Position numbers and translations under genes: made by a program | The notes under the pieces: generated by a model | Seen by the model: only the letters and a program-made list of their open reading frames with translations | The model's database searches: none | What the model was told of the DNA's origin: nothing | Shown here: positions 54,511-54,557 of the stretch, in pieces | Layout of the letters: the number at the start of each line of letters is the position of its first letter | Numbering within the stretch: position 1 is the stretch's first letter | Origin: Escherichia phage mEp044 | Length of the DNA: 54,557 bases | Sequence record: PP180004 | Reading direction: 5' to 3' (one strand)

Positions 54511-54557
54511 GATAAATCAAAAACAAAAACAAAGCATAACACATTGAATACAAATTA

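Overview
The window is an almost complete lambdoid temperate siphophage (probably an integrated enterobacterial prophage) of about 54.3 kb, bounded by an exact 24-bp direct repeat at 161-184 and 54487-54510. All calls are from reading the sequence and the ORF track and from recalled protein families; no database search was run. Layout: tyrosine integrase and AlpA-like excisionase; a minus-strand early operon (Cro-position HTH protein, replication initiator with internal iterons, Bro-N/nuclease fusion, Rha antirepressor, HTH-metallophosphoesterase, DnaB-like helicase, NinB); CI repressor; a plus-strand early operon (N-like protein with nut-like sites, Erf, SSB, many small ORFs, Dam-like and C5-like methyltransferases, NinG, RusA, lambda-type Q); a 4.7-kb block of small ORFs; a late promoter/terminator pair; P21-type lysis cassette; terminase, portal, head and a lambda-like tail module (M, L, K, I, J) ending in a tail fibre with an S74 chaperone domain. 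The most unusual content is (1) a tandem array of eight tiny single-helix membrane-peptide ORFs between lysis and terminase, (2) three antisense small-gene cassettes plus a lipoprotein gene inserted in the tail module, (3) a 12-mer motif family (TTTACAAAATGG-like) recurring in intergenic regions, (4) a G10 tract forming the ribosome-binding region of the Dam-like methyltransferase, and (5) a 36-aa repeat expansion with a roughly 1-kb segmental duplication inside the J-like tail tip protein. No tRNA, rRNA or CRISPR array was recognised.
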